Assembly: GCA_963844505.1 (NCBI GenBank)
Contig: CAWJOY010000030.1
Span: 11,269-75,268, forward strand
DNA: 64,000 nucleotides
Direction of reading: 5' to 3'
From: an uncultured Alphaproteobacteria bacterium
GTDB taxonomy: Bacteria > Pseudomonadota > Alphaproteobacteria > Rhodobacterales > Rhodobacteraceae
Each line of letters begins with the position of its first letter. Position 1 is the first letter of the stretch. The translations under genes and the position numbers were made by a program. The notes below the pieces were generated by a model that was not told the origin of the DNA, did no database searches, and was given only the letters and a program-made list of their open reading frames with translations. Shown here piece by piece: positions 1-11,336 of the stretch.

Positions 1-1
1 C

Positions 2-370
2 CAAGCGACAGTGCCGCAACAGCCGGTGCGCGTTGCGACCAATGCGCCAGCATCTGCCTCCAAACCCGCGCATATTCTGAACGCGGCTTTCGTGCCCGCA
101 GCGCCGCTGATGAAGCCAAATCAACCTGTCGAAACATCCGTTGCCGTGGTTGAAGCGACAGCTCCGGCAGGGCGGGTTTTGCGCGTCAACACCCGCGCCA
201 TGAATGTCCGCGCAGGTCCGGGAACCGATTACTCGGTGGTGGGTCAGCTTGTCCGTGGCGAAGAGGTTCTGGTGGTGGTCGAAGACGAGGGCCCCGATGG
301 CTGGACCATGATTCGGATCGAAGGGGATGGCGTTGAGGGCTATGCAGCGACACGTTTGCTGACCGAATGA
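2..370 (+). CDS. SH3 (SH3b/SH3_3) domain protein, 5' end probably outside the window
   Basis: C-terminal VNTRAMNVRAGPGTDYSVVGQL...GW..I...G.EGY is a bacterial SH3b signature; frame is open to the window edge. Confidence 0.8.
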   Translation, partial: QATVPQQPVRVATNAPASASKPAHILNAAFVPAAPLMKPNQPVETSVAVVEATAPAGRVLRVNTRAMNVRAGPGTDYSVVGQLVRGEEVLVVVEDEGPDGWTMIRIEGDGVEGYAATRLLTE

Positions 371-437
371 CCGGATTTGACGTTGTTTGACGCCGCGCCT
401 CGGCCTAGGAAGGGAAAAACCCTCAAGAGGTCGAGCA

Positions 438-1262
438 ATGAAGCGCAGTATTTTGATAACGGGATGCTCGTCGGGCATCGGGCTTGACGCTGCCCGCACC
501 TTGGCCGCACGGGGTTGGCGCGTGTTTGCGACCTGCCGACAAGAAACCGATTGCGTCAAGCTGCGCGCCGAAGGGCTTGAGAGCTTTACGCTTGATTACG
601 CCGATGAAGCCAGCATCGAGGCGGCCTTGGCCGAGGTTCTTCAGCGCACGGGCGGCACCTTGGACGCGCTTTATAACAATGGTGCGTTTGCCTGCCCAGG
701 TGCGGTCGAGGATCTGCCGCGCGGCGCGCTTCGTGCGATCTTTGAGACCAACCTCTTCGGCTATCACGACCTGACGCGGCGCGTGATTCCGATCATGCGG
801 GCGCAGGGTCATGGTCGAATTATCAACTGTTCTTCGGTACTTGGCCTTGTCGCCCTTAAATGGCGCGGCGCCTATGTGGCGTCGAAGTTCGCGATGGAGG
901 GGCTGACCGATGTGCTGCGCATCGAGATGGCAGACACGGCCATTAAGATCATCCTGATCGAGCCAGGCCCGATCGCAAGTTCAATCCGCGAAAAGGCGAT
1001 TCCGCATTTCGAGCGCTGGATTGATTGGGAGAACTCTGCGCGTTCGGCGGAATACACGACGCTGCGGACCCGACTTTATGAGGCAGGCCCGCCCGACAAA
1101 TGGCAGTTGCCCGCCAGCGCCGTGACCACAAAGCTGATCCACGCGCTGGAAAGCCCGCGACCTCGCGCGCGGTATTATGTGACGATGCCGACTTATCTGA
1201 TGGGAACACTGCGGCGGATTTTGTCGACGCGTTGGCTGGATTGGATCATCGCCAAAGGTTAA
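438..1262 (+). CDS. Short-chain dehydrogenase/reductase (YbbO-like)
   Basis: TGCSSGIG, NNGA and YVASK motifs; ATG at 438 after GAGG. Confidence 0.9.
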   Translation: MKRSILITGCSSGIGLDAARTLAARGWRVFATCRQETDCVKLRAEGLESFTLDYADEASIEAALAEVLQRTGGTLDALYNNGAFACPGAVEDLPRGALRAIFETNLFGYHDLTRRVIPIMRAQGHGRIINCSSVLGLVALKWRGAYVASKFAMEGLTDVLRIEMADTAIKIILIEPGPIASSIREKAIPHFERWIDWENSARSAEYTTLRTRLYEAGPPDKWQLPASAVTTKLIHALESPRPRARYYVTMPTYLMGTLRRILSTRWLDWIIAKG

Positions 1263-1358
1263 GGCGCGCATATTGCCGCAAGGTGGGTAAAAATCGCGCT
1301 TTGCCATTCGCTTTCCACCGAAAACCGCCTAAATCTAGGCGAAACGAGAGGAAACCCT

Positions 1359-1562
1359 ATGGCGAGCGACCCGATTTTCATCATTGGCATGATTGCCTGC
1401 TTTATCGTGCTGATCATTCTGATGATCGGCATCGGCAGCTTTGCCAAAGGCGGTGAATTCAACCGCAAACACTCTAACCGGTTGATGCGCTACCGGATTA
1501 TCGCGCAGGCGGGGGCGATCATCATCATCCTCGGCTTTGCCTTTTTGCGCACGCGGGGTTGA
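1359..1562 (+). CDS. Twin-transmembrane-helix small protein (HIG1 family)
   Basis: Two hydrophobic helices around SNRLMRYRIIAQ; RBS GAGG; usual position before pduO. Confidence 0.85.
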   Translation: MASDPIFIIGMIACFIVLIILMIGIGSFAKGGEFNRKHSNRLMRYRIIAQAGAIIIILGFAFLRTRG

Positions 1563-1565
1563 GCC

Positions 1566-2138
1566 ATGGTTGTTCTGTCGAAAATCTACACCAAAACGGG
1601 TGACGCGGGTGAGACGGCACTGGGGAACGGCGCGCGCGTGGCCAAACACTCGATGCGAGTCGCGGCCTATGGCACCGTCGATGAAACCAACGCGACGGTC
1701 GGGATGGCGCGGCTGCATGCGGCGGGCGATCTGGATGCGGCTTTGGCGCGAATCTCGAACGATCTGTTCGATCTGGGCGCCGATCTGTGCACGCCTGACA
1801 TGCACAAAGACGCCGAGGCCGCCTACCCTCCACTGCGGGTGATTGCAGCGCAGGTTGCAAGGCTGGAATCCGAAATCGATGCGATGAACACAAAACTGAC
1901 GCCGCTGCGCAGCTTTATCCTGCCTGGCGGGTCGGCTTTGGCGGCACATCTGCATCTGTGTCGCACCATCTCGCGCAGGGCCGAACGTGGCGTGGTCGAG
2001 CTTGCTGCCGCCGAAGCGGTCAATCCAGAGGCGGTTAAATACCTAAACCGATTGTCGGATTGGTTCTTTGTCGCGGGTCGCATCGCAAATAACGATGGCA
2101 AGGACGACGTGCTTTGGGTGCCGGGGCTTACGCGATAA
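1566..2138 (+). CDS. pduO: Cob(I)alamin adenosyltransferase, PduO type
   Basis: KIYTKTGDAGET, YGTVDETN, RRAER, YLNRLSDWFF motifs. Confidence 0.93.
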   Translation: MVVLSKIYTKTGDAGETALGNGARVAKHSMRVAAYGTVDETNATVGMARLHAAGDLDAALARISNDLFDLGADLCTPDMHKDAEAAYPPLRVIAAQVARLESEIDAMNTKLTPLRSFILPGGSALAAHLHLCRTISRRAERGVVELAAAEAVNPEAVKYLNRLSDWFFVAGRIANNDGKDDVLWVPGLTR

Positions 2139-2264
2139 GCGACGTTACGCGACGCCCCGACGTGCCTTTTTGTCGGTTTTGGTCTGTTACCAACTGCGAT
2201 GAAGAGGTATGACCGAAACAAGAGCTTGGACGGCCTTCGGGCCATTGGAATGGAGATTAACGCG

Positions 2265-3026
2265 ATGAAGGTCTTGGTACCTGTCAAACGTGTGATCGAC
2301 TATAACGTGAAGGTTCGCGTCAAAGCGGACGGCACGGGCGTCGATCTGGCAAACGTTAAGATGTCGATGAACCCCTTTGATGAGATCGCAGTGGAAGAAG
2401 CGATCCGCCTCAAGGAAAAGGGCTTGGCAACCGAGGTTATCGTGGTCTCTATCGGCGTAAAGCAAAGCCAAGAGACCCTGCGCACCGCTCTTGCGATGGG
2501 CGCCGACCGCGCGATCCTGATCGAAGCAGCAGCTGACGTCCACACCGACATCGAGCCTTTGGCCGTGGCCAAACTTTTGGCCGCCGTGGTCAAAGAAGAA
2601 GCTCCGGGTATCGTGCTTTGCGGCAAGCAAGCCATTGATAACGATATGAACGCTACCGGCCAAATGCTGTCGGCTCTGCTGGGCTGGTCGCAAGCGACTT
2701 TCGTTTCCGAGCTGGCCATCGACGGCGACAAAGCCGTGGTCACCCGCGAAGTTGACGGCGGTTTGCAGACCATTTCTGTGAAAATGCCGACGATCGTGAC
2801 CGTTGACCTGCGATTGAACGAGCCGCGCTATGCGAGCCTGCCGAACATCATGAAGGCCAAAGCCAAGCCGCTGGCCGCCAAGACCCCCGCCGACTATGGC
2901 GTGGACGTAACACCGCGCCTGACGATCGTGAAAACCACCGAACCAGCGGGCCGCAAGGCTGGCATCAAAGTGGCTTCGGTTGACGAGCTGATTGCAAAAC
3001 TCAAAGACGAAGCAGGGGTGATCTGA
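2265..3026 (+). CDS. etfB: Electron transfer flavoprotein beta subunit
   Basis: [49 protein letters not shown]. Confidence 0.97.
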   Translation: MKVLVPVKRVIDYNVKVRVKADGTGVDLANVKMSMNPFDEIAVEEAIRLKEKGLATEVIVVSIGVKQSQETLRTALAMGADRAILIEAAADVHTDIEPLAVAKLLAAVVKEEAPGIVLCGKQAIDNDMNATGQMLSALLGWSQATFVSELAIDGDKAVVTREVDGGLQTISVKMPTIVTVDLRLNEPRYASLPNIMKAKAKPLAAKTPADYGVDVTPRLTIVKTTEPAGRKAGIKVASVDELIAKLKDEAGVI

Positions 3027-3952
3027 TGGCCGTTCTTCTTCTCGCCGATGTTGTCGATGGCCAATTGGCCACCGATCAGGTTGCGAAAACCCTTACAGCT
3101 GTGAAATCGCTTGGCCCCGTGACCGTTTTGGTTGCTGGCGCTGGTGGCGATGCCGCCGCTGCCGAAGCCGCGACGCTTGACGGTGTTGCGCGCGTTCTTT
3201 TCGCGGATGACCACGCCTATTGCCACGCGATGTCGGAACCAACTGCGGCGCTGCTCGTCAGCCTTGCAGGGGATTACAGCCACATTGTCGCGCCTTCGGG
3301 TTCGTTTTCAAAGTCGGTTCTGCCCCGCGTGGCGGCCCTTCTTGACGTGATGGTCATTTCCGAAGTGACCGCAGTGATCGACGCCGACACCTTCGAGCGT
3401 CCGATCTATGCTGGCAACGCGATCCAGACCGTCAAATCGTCGGATGGCACCAAAGTTATGACCGTCCGCACAGCGACTTTTGACGCTGCAGGCGCTGGTG
3501 GTTCGGCTTCGGTCGAGAAAACCAGCGCAGCCGTTGATGCAAGCTTCTCGGCTTGGGTTGAAGACCGCGTTGCAACCTCTGATCGTCCTGAACTTACCTC
3601 GGCTGGCATCGTTGTTTCGGGCGGCCGTGGTGTTGGCTCTGAAGCAGACTTTGCGCTGATCGAAAAGCTGGCCGACAAGTTGGGGGCTGCCGTTGGTGCA
3701 AGCCGCGCAGCTGTCGATTCGGGCTATGCTCCGAACGACTGGCAAGTTGGTCAGACCGGTAAAGTTGTGGCGCCGACGCTCTATGTTGCCGTCGGCATCT
3801 CGGGGGCCATTCAGCACCTTGCTGGCATGAAAGATTCCAAGGTGATCGTTGCGATCAACAAGGACGAAGAGGCTCCTATCTTCCAAGTGGCAGATTACGG
3901 CCTTGTCGCCGATCTGTTCGCTGCGGTTCCGGAATTGACCGAAAAACTCTGA
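3026..3952 (+). CDS. etfA: Electron transfer flavoprotein alpha subunit
   Basis: [37 protein letters not shown]. Confidence 0.97.
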   Translation: MAVLLLADVVDGQLATDQVAKTLTAVKSLGPVTVLVAGAGGDAAAAEAATLDGVARVLFADDHAYCHAMSEPTAALLVSLAGDYSHIVAPSGSFSKSVLPRVAALLDVMVISEVTAVIDADTFERPIYAGNAIQTVKSSDGTKVMTVRTATFDAAGAGGSASVEKTSAAVDASFSAWVEDRVATSDRPELTSAGIVVSGGRGVGSEADFALIEKLADKLGAAVGASRAAVDSGYAPNDWQVGQTGKVVAPTLYVAVGISGAIQHLAGMKDSKVIVAINKDEEAPIFQVADYGLVADLFAAVPELTEKL

Positions 3953-3957
3953 AGTTA

Positions 3958-3983
3958 GAAAGGGCGCCTTCGGGCGCCCTTTT
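3958..3983. terminator. Bidirectional intrinsic terminator
   Basis: AAAGGGCGCC-TTCG-GGCGCCCTTT hairpin between convergent genes. Confidence 0.85.
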
Positions 3984-3985
3984 CC

Positions 3986-4822
3986 TTAGGTGCGACGCAA
4001 AACCGTGTTCAAGATCGGTATCATCGCCTTGCTCACCTCTACATGCAGACGCGGATTGGGCAGTTCGGACGCAGCGCCCGCTTCCATCGGAGCAAAGACC
4101 ATCCCCGCGCAGCCATCCCCCAAACCCTCATCGCTATAGACCACCTCCAGGTAGGCGGCGGCACTTGTTTGCACAGCGCTGATCATCTCGGCGTCAATCA
4201 AGAGTGGGTTTCGTTGCATATCAACGCGGCGTTCTGGTTGCGGCGGGGCAGTTTCCGCCATCCACAACAGCACCACATTCCCGCCCAACTGGGACAGCAA
4301 CGCCTTCATGCGCAGGACCCAAGCCGCCCGCAGCTCTTCAGCCACCACCTCAAAGCGATCAACCGAGTCACGCTGAAGCGCCACCAACATATGACGTGTG
4401 AAGTTGAACTCGGTAAAGTCGACCTTGGGAAACAGCCCCCGCAACATCGGTGTTGCCCCCAAAAACCGATCATTACGCCGTGGATGCACGGCATAATAGC
4501 GGTTGGTCAGATTTTGCGCCCCAACGACCTGCACCACCTTAGCATCCGCCCGCCGCGCAAGCTGCAAAAGCTCGGCCTCATTCATATAGACGTCAAGACC
4601 TGCGTTCACGCAGCCCAGATTGACGACAGGCATCCCAAGCCCCTTGCCGACAAGCGCGGCATAAGGCGAGGGCACGAACTTACCATAAGTCTCCGTCCCG
4701 CCCAACATGGCGACATAAGGCCCCCTCGTCTCTTGTTTTGGGCCCCTGAAAGTGACCCGTGAGCTGCCATAATGGCATGGAAAATAGTCCAGCGACCCCT
4801 CGCTGGGAAATACATAGGCCAT
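3986..4822 (-). CDS. Conserved Rhodobacteraceae protein (DUF6473-like)
   Basis: LDYFPCHYGSSR..FRGP, LGGTETYGKF, NLTNRYY.VHPRRNDRF recognised from family memory. Confidence 0.7.
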   Translation of the reverse strand: MAYVFPSEGSLDYFPCHYGSSRVTFRGPKQETRGPYVAMLGGTETYGKFVPSPYAALVGKGLGMPVVNLGCVNAGLDVYMNEAELLQLARRADAKVVQVVGAQNLTNRYYAVHPRRNDRFLGATPMLRGLFPKVDFTEFNFTRHMLVALQRDSVDRFEVVAEELRAAWVLRMKALLSQLGGNVVLLWMAETAPPQPERRVDMQRNPLLIDAEMISAVQTSAAAYLEVVYSDEGLGDGCAGMVFAPMEAGAASELPNPRLHVEVSKAMIPILNTVLRRT

Positions 4823-4872
4823 AGACCCACCCCGTTTTGTTTACACCCAAGGCCCAGACTGCCCGAATCGGA

Positions 4873-4887
4873 TTACCAAGTTGTTAA
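4873..4887. promoter_or_regulatory. CtrA-like box
   Basis: TTAC-N7-TTAA, one mismatch to TTAA-N7-TTAA, about 50 nt upstream of the DUF6473-like start. Confidence 0.4.
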
Positions 4888-4983
4888 ACAAAGCATTTGT
4901 CGAAAATCCCTGGCGATGCCGCTAGGCTTGCACAGCCCCCCGCAGGCTGCTTATGGTGCTGTAACGCATCAAGAGGGTAAGAT

Positions 4984-5859
4984 ATGGAAATCCGTTCGGT
5001 TGGGATCGTCGGCGCAGGGCAGATGGGCAATGGTATCGCACATGTCTTCGCTCTGGCGGGCTATGATGTGCTGCTCAACGACGTGAACGCGGACATGTTG
5101 AACGCGTCCGTGCCCTCTATTGATAAGAACCTCGAGCGGCAGGTCTCACGCGAAAAGATCACCGCTGCGCAAAAGGCAGAGGCCATCGCGCGCATTAAAA
5201 CCACGATGATACTGGCCGATCTTGGGCCGTGCGATCTGATCATCGAGGCGGCAACGGAAAAAGAAGACGTTAAGAACAAGATCTTTGAGGGGCTCGCTCC
5301 GTATCTTGGCCCCCAGACAATCCTGACGTCCAACACCTCGTCGATCTCGATCACGCGGCTTGCTTCGCGCACCGATCGACCAGAGCGGTTTATGGGCTTT
5401 CACTTTATGAACCCCGTGCCCGTGATGCAGCTGGTCGAGCTGATCCGGGGCATTGCGACCGACCGCGAAACCTATGACACTCTGATGGAAGTCGTTAAAA
5501 AGCTGGGTAAAACTGCAGCAAATGCTGAGGACTTTCCCGCATTTATCGTCAACCGCATCCTTGTGCCGATGATCAACGAAGCGGTCTATACGCTTTATGA
5601 GGGCGTCGGCTCGGTGAAATCCATTGATGAAGCGATGAAACTTGGGGCAAATCACCCGATGGGGCCGCTCGAGCTTGCGGATTTCATCGGCTTGGACACC
5701 TGCCTTGCTATCATGAACGTGCTGCACGAAGGCTTGGGCGATAGTAAATATCGCCCCTGCCCGCTGTTGTCCAAATATGTCGAGGCTGGCTGGCTCGGTC
5801 GCAAAACCAAGCGCGGGTTCTACGACTATCGCGGCGAAGCACCTGTGCCGACGCGCTAG
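4984..5859 (+). CDS. hbd: 3-hydroxybutyryl-CoA dehydrogenase
   Basis: [40 protein letters not shown]. Confidence 0.95.
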   Translation: MEIRSVGIVGAGQMGNGIAHVFALAGYDVLLNDVNADMLNASVPSIDKNLERQVSREKITAAQKAEAIARIKTTMILADLGPCDLIIEAATEKEDVKNKIFEGLAPYLGPQTILTSNTSSISITRLASRTDRPERFMGFHFMNPVPVMQLVELIRGIATDRETYDTLMEVVKKLGKTAANAEDFPAFIVNRILVPMINEAVYTLYEGVGSVKSIDEAMKLGANHPMGPLELADFIGLDTCLAIMNVLHEGLGDSKYRPCPLLSKYVEAGWLGRKTKRGFYDYRGEAPVPTR

Positions 5860-5860
5860 G

Positions 5861-6721
5861 CTATTTGCTTAGATCAAGGGTATGCTGACGCAACCACGCG
5901 AGGAAACCGCGTGGATTGCCTTCCCAAGCGTCCAGAACCGTTGCAGGAAGCGCCTCGCCAATGTAAGGCCGCTGCGGCTTGAACAGCGCGCGCTTGATTT
6001 CATAGAGCAAAAGCCCCTGACGCAGCGTATCCGACAGCTTGTTCGCGATCAAAAACAGCCGCGAATTCTGCCCCGTAAAGCGCATTGGCACAATCGCCGC
6101 ACCCGAGCGCTGGATCATCTTATGGGTAAAGACGTTCCATTCCGCCTCGATAGCGGGGCCGAAATAGGTCTCGGACATCGCGACTTTGCCTGCCGGAAAC
6201 AGAATAATCACCCCCCCTGCCTTGAGGTGCGCCATAGTCTCGTTGCGCATCTGCAAGCCCAACTCGCGGGCGTTTTCCTCATGCGGAAACGGCACAGGAA
6301 TCATGAACTCTTCAACTTCGGGAATGCCCGTCAGCAAAGAGCGCGTCAGGATTTTGAAATCAGAACGCACGCGATTGACCAGCTCGGCGATGATCATACC
6401 GTCCACAAGGCCGTGCGGGTGGTTCGAGACCACGATCACAGGTCCGGTCGCCGGAATGCGCGCGACTTCTTCAGGCGGAGTATCAATGCGAATCCCCATC
6501 TGCTTGATCGCCTTGGGCCAAAACGGCGACCCAAAAGGCGCGCCAGAACGCTCGAACTGCCGGATCAAACGCAGCAGTTAAATCTTGGCAGTCATCCATT
6601 CAATCGCTCGGATCGCATTTGATTTAAATGGGTTCGTGAATGTTCCGGCATAAGAAAGCCGGCTCATGTCATACTTGCGCCCCGTCAAGGTCGCAGGTTT
6701 TGCGTGATCGTTATTCGGCAT
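5861..6721 (-). CDS. Lysophospholipid acyltransferase family protein; in-frame TAA at 6578-6580 (probable sequencing error)
   Basis: SNHPHGLVDG (HxxxxD) and FPAG motifs; frame continues upstream of the TAA through YDMSRLSYAGTF to ATG 6721. Confidence 0.8.
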
Positions 6722-6758
6722 GTCTTTCACGAAGCCTAAGCCTTCCCCGTCGCGCGTC

Positions 6759-7028
6759 TCAGAAATCTTCTCCGAAACGATTGGCCACCAAGGCGGTCAA
6801 CGCCTCGGCAAGTTCTGCCGCCTGCGCGCCGCTTGTTACAACTTCAATAGAGGTTCCACGCGACGCTGCCAACATCAAAAGCCCCATGATGCTGTCGCCG
6901 GACACCGTCATCCCATCTTTGGTGACTTGTGCCGTTGCGTCATATTCCTCCACGACCTCGACAAATTTGGCCGAAGCGCGGGCATGGAGCCCCTTTTCGT
7001 TGACGATGTTCAAATTGAGTCCGGACAT
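6759..7028 (-). CDS. ptsH: HPr/NPr phosphocarrier
   Basis: IVNEKGLHARASAKFV and SIMGLLML motifs. Confidence 0.93.
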   Translation of the reverse strand: MSGLNLNIVNEKGLHARASAKFVEVVEEYDATAQVTKDGMTVSGDSIMGLLMLAASRGTSIEVVTSGAQAAELAEALTALVANRFGEDF

Positions 7029-7030
7029 TT

Positions 7031-7426
7031 TCAGGCTCCTCCGCCCAGATCCAAAGAGTTGATATATTTGCGACCTGCATCCAAAGCCGCACTTACGGCT
7101 TCGGCAATCGGCAGCTCGCGCGATTTTGCCAGCTTGATCAGCATCGGCAGATTGGCACCATAAAGGATGCGCCGCTCTGATGCGGCGCAGGCCATCAGCG
7201 ATAGGTTCGACGGCGATCCGCCAAACATATCTGTAACCATAACAACGCCTTGCCCTGTATCCACGGCATCTGCGGCGTCGCAAATCTCACGTTGTTTCGC
7301 GGCGCGATCGTGATCATCTTCGATCGCAATCGCCCGCATCGAGGCCTGTGGGCCCACCACATGCTCAACTGCCGCGAGATACTCGCGTGCAAGGCCGCCG
7401 TGCGCCACGATCACAATACCGATCAC
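7031..7426 (-). CDS. PTS EIIA, mannose/fructose type
   Basis: IGIVIVAHG, TDMFGGSPSN, GANLPML. Confidence 0.93.
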   Translation of the reverse strand: MIGIVIVAHGGLAREYLAAVEHVVGPQASMRAIAIEDDHDRAAKQREICDAADAVDTGQGVVMVTDMFGGSPSNLSLMACAASERRILYGANLPMLIKLAKSRELPIAEAVSAALDAGRKYINSLDLGGGA

Positions 7427-7433
7427 GCGTCTT

Positions 7434-8339
7434 CTACCTCGATGCTATTTGCGGCGTCGCCGCTTTGCGTTCCAATTCCCGATGTCGCTTTGACACTGGC
7501 CAGCCCGCTTCTGCAAGCACGTTGCCGATTTTTTCTGCGACTGCAACAGAGCGATGTTGCCCGCCTGTGCACCCAAAGCCAATGGCCAAATGCGCTTTTC
7601 CCTCACTCAAATGCGCCGGAAGCAGAAACAAAATCAGCTCGGTCAGCTTTTGCAGGAATTCAGCACAGCGCGGGTCGGTCTGGATGTAGTCCGACACCTC
7701 GGCATCACGGCCGTTCTTTTCCCGCAGCTCGACCTGCCAATAGGGATTTTGCAAGAAGCGGCAGTCAAACACCAGATCAAGCCCGCGCGGCAGTCCCCGC
7801 TTATAGCTAAAGGATTGGATCGACACCGCCATGCTCTGGGTCGACGAGCGGTTGAACCAAGCCCCGATTTCCGCCTTTAAATCATGAGGGGAGATCTCGC
7901 TTGTGTCGATCAAGTGGTCGGCGCGGGCGCGAATGGGGGCCAGCAGATCAATCTCGCGCTCAATCCCGTCGGCGGGGGTCTCGGACTGCGCCAGAGGGTG
8001 CCGCCGTCGTGTTTGCGAATAGCGCCGGATCAGCTCTGACGTGCTGCAATCCAGATAGATCACTTCCAAACTAACGCGTGGGTCGCGGGTCAGCTGATCA
8101 ATAAGCTCGATAAAGCCAGCCGCGGTAAAGTCGCGGTTGCGAACGTCAATCCCAAGGCCAATCGGGCGCCCGATCGCAGAGCCGTCAATCAGACGCGGCA
8201 CAAGGCTCAGCGGCAAATTGTCGATCACCTCGAAGCCCAAATCCTCCAGCGCGTGAATGGTCGTCGTGCGCCCCGCCCCCGATGGGCCGGTCACTAAAAC
8301 AAGCTGGTGCTCTGCCTGCGATTTAAGCTGTGACGTCAC
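7434..8339 (-). CDS. rapZ: RNase adapter RapZ (P-loop)
   Basis: [38 protein letters not shown]. Confidence 0.95.
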   Translation of the reverse strand: MTSQLKSQAEHQLVLVTGPSGAGRTTTIHALEDLGFEVIDNLPLSLVPRLIDGSAIGRPIGLGIDVRNRDFTAAGFIELIDQLTRDPRVSLEVIYLDCSTSELIRRYSQTRRRHPLAQSETPADGIEREIDLLAPIRARADHLIDTSEISPHDLKAEIGAWFNRSSTQSMAVSIQSFSYKRGLPRGLDLVFDCRFLQNPYWQVELREKNGRDAEVSDYIQTDPRCAEFLQKLTELILFLLPAHLSEGKAHLAIGFGCTGGQHRSVAVAEKIGNVLAEAGWPVSKRHRELERKAATPQIASR

Positions 8340-8351
8340 GAAAAGCGCCTC

Positions 8352-8783
8352 TCACCCCTGCCGCCCGCCCTTGAGATAACACAAGAGCGCTGCAGGGAAA
8401 TGGTTCCCCTTGATTGCATAAACCAAATCAATCTCTTGACCCAGCACCGACATCTTGCGCCGCGGTGGCAATCGCTCTGGTTCAGACTGACCCAAGTCCA
8501 CCGCCATGACAAGAGTTGCACATGTCACAGCCTGCGCACGAAGAATGCCAATGCCGCGAGCCTCGATCAGATCTTTGATCGCAGGTGGACAGCTGACCAA
8601 GAGCTCACCATTTTCCAGCCGCACTTCGGTTCGATCATCCGCAACTAGCTCGGCCCCCAATGCCATCAGCGCCAGCGCCAGCGATGATTTGCCAGCGCCC
8701 GAGGGACCGACGATCAAAACCCCGCGCCCTTCAACGGCCACGCAACTGCCGTGCAAAATGAGCGGGGCAACGCCTTGCGTCAA
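8352..8783 (-). CDS. hprK: Short HPr kinase/phosphorylase
   Basis: LHGSCV, GPSGAGKS, LVADD, IEARGIG. Confidence 0.9.
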   Translation of the reverse strand: MTQGVAPLILHGSCVAVEGRGVLIVGPSGAGKSSLALALMALGAELVADDRTEVRLENGELLVSCPPAIKDLIEARGIGILRAQAVTCATLVMAVDLGQSEPERLPPRRKMSVLGQEIDLVYAIKGNHFPAALLCYLKGGRQG

Positions 8784-10451
8784 ATCGGCAAGCCCACCAC
8801 AAAGCGCGCACCCAGAGGCTCGGACGTCGGGTCAGCATTGGTTGGTCGGATGTTTTCCGCCCAAATCACGCCGCCATGTGCCTCGACAATCTGCTTCGAG
8901 ATCGACAGGCCAAGCCCAGAGTTATTGCCGAAATGTGTCGGCGGGCGATCGGAATAAAAGCGTTTGAACACCTTGCCCAAGGCTTGGTCCGGAATACCGG
9001 GACCTGTGTCTTCGACCACCACCAAAACGCGATTTTCCCGCTTGCGCGCCCAGACCCTGACCGCATCGCCATCCTCACAAAAGGACACGGCGTTGCTGAT
9101 CAGATTTCACAAACACCTGCGCCAATCTGCCCTCCAACCCATGCACGCGGATCGCATCGGACGGAAAGTCGGTAATAAACTCGACGCCCTTTTCGCGCGC
9201 CTGATCGCCCAGAAACTCGGTCAGGCCAGCCAAGGTTTTGATAAGGTTGAACTCTTCCTCTTGCTCTTTCACAAGCTCGCTGTCCAATCGCGAGGCATTC
9301 GAAATATCTGTCACCAAACGATCAAGCCTGCGGACATCATGCTCGATCACATCCAATAGCTTTTCTCGGTGCTCTTCTTTCTTGACCATCCGTAACGAAC
9401 CGACAGCCGAACGCAGGGACGCCAGCGGGTTCTTAAGCTCGTGACTTACATCCGCTGCGAATTGCTCGTTGGCATCAATCCGGTCATAGAGCGCCGCCAC
9501 CATGCCTCGCATTGCGACAGACAGCCGTCCAATCTCATCCGGACGTGCCGCAAGATCGGGAATCCGCACCCGTCCTGGGGACATCGTGCGCGAATTGCGG
9601 TCGCGACCAAGTTCAGCCGCCATCGCAAGGTCCGCCAACGGATTGGCAATCGTCGATGCCAAGACCAGCGACAACCCAATCGAAACCAAAAGCGCGATTA
9701 CAAACATCTGCAAAATTTGCTCGCGTTCGTAGTTCACCAGCCGGTCGATCTCGCCCTCGGCCGACGTCAACACCAAGGCCGCAGTCACCGAGCCGCCGAC
9801 AACAATCGGAGCCGCAACCGAAAACTGCGCACCGCCGTCAGGCCCGCGTGCGGTTTCAGACGCAAACCGACCCGACAGCGCCTTGGTATAAAGCGCGCGC
9901 GCAGCAGCCTCGCCCGTCAACCCGCCCGAAGACGGCGTATTTGTGCCCATGAGACCGGAAATTCCTGACCAAATGCTGCCGAGGAAGTCCGAGATCACAG
10001 TCTTGCGCTGCCCAGCTTCGGGCTGCAGGTCCAAAGCCGTCGCGCCGATTCCACTGCCAATTAGACCGCCCTCGCGATCAAACAGGAAAACCTCCACACC
10101 CGGCCCAAGCCCCATGCCATTTACGGCAACTGGCAAGCTACCCGTAGCGGCAACATCGGCCTCGATCACGCGCGCCAGCAGGCTGGCCTCGGTTACCAGA
10201 CCCTGTTCGCGCTGCAGCACCAAAGAGTCGCGGAAAGGGTTCAAAAACAGGACACCCGCAACCAAAATGACCAAGGCCATCAGGTTAAAGATGATGATTT
10301 TGCGCGCCAAAGGTGAGCCCTTGAGCGAGACAATGCCCCGCCGCCCGCGCCCTTGGTTCAATGCGCTATCCGCAACCGCGTCGGGCGAGACCCAGTCCTC
10401 GCCCAAAAGCAGTTCGCGTGATTTTTGCTGTCCGATTTCGGTCATTGCCAT
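8780..10451 (-). CDS. chvG: Sensor histidine kinase ChvG, split by a +1 frameshift at about 9105-9107 (probable sequencing error)
   Basis: HAMP RPDEIGRL, H-box DVSHELKNPL; removing one base restores QVFVNLISNAVSF and joins the DTGPGI/NSGLGL frame. Confidence 0.9.
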
Positions 10452-10465
10452 GCCCAGCTAGGCCG

Positions 10466-11167
10466 TCATTCTTCGTTGTAACGATAGCCGATGCCGTAGA
10501 GCGTCTCGATTGCCGAAAAATCATCATCAACCGAGCGCATCTTTTTCCGCAACCGCTTGATATGGCTGTCGATCGTGCGATCGTCGACATAAACTTGGTC
10601 GTCATAGGCGACGTCCATCAGCTGATCGCGGCTTTTCACAAAGCCCGGCCGCTGTGCCAGCGCCTGCAACAGCATGAACTCGGTCACGGTCAACGACACA
10701 TCCTGCCCCTTCCACGCCACCGAGTGACGCAGCGGGTCCATGCGCAGATTGCCGCGCTCCATAATCTTGGTTTCTTCGGTGACGGCGACTTCACCGCTGG
10801 AAATCGCTTCGTTGCGACGCAAAAGCGCGCGAATGCGCTCGACCAGAAGCCGCTGCGAAAATGGCTTTTTCACGTAGTCGTCCGCGCCCATCCGCAGGCC
10901 CAGAACTTCGTCAATCTCATCGTCTTTTGACGTCAGGAAAATCACCGGCATTGCCGATTTCTGACGCAAGCGCTGCAGCAAATCCATGCCATCCATGCGC
11001 GGCATTTTAATATCAAGAACAGCCATATCCGGCATGCGACGACTAAAGGCGTCCAAAGCCGATTGGCCATCGTTATAGGTTTCGACTTCGAACCCCTCAG
11101 CCTCAAGTGTCATCGACACGGAAGTGAGAATGTTGCGATCATCGTCTACAAGGGCGATCCTTGCCAT
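10466..11167 (-). CDS. chvI: OmpR-family response regulator ChvI
   Basis: [39 protein letters not shown]. Confidence 0.96.
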   Translation of the reverse strand: MARIALVDDDRNILTSVSMTLEAEGFEVETYNDGQSALDAFSRRMPDMAVLDIKMPRMDGMDLLQRLRQKSAMPVIFLTSKDDEIDEVLGLRMGADDYVKKPFSQRLLVERIRALLRRNEAISSGEVAVTEETKIMERGNLRMDPLRHSVAWKGQDVSLTVTEFMLLQALAQRPGFVKSRDQLMDVAYDDQVYVDDRTIDSHIKRLRKKMRSVDDDFSAIETLYGIGYRYNEE

Positions 11168-11336
11168 GTTTGGGCTTCCCTATTCTGCTCGGCTTGCCGG
11201 ATTTTTGACACAAGATCGTTTTTTTGGCGGCCAGAAGCAAGAATTAAACACGAATCACCCCGCTCGGCATCATCATCAAAGCTGAAAAGTCTCTATAGAT
11301 GACTAATTTGCCGCACATTGAGGGGGTTTTGCAATT

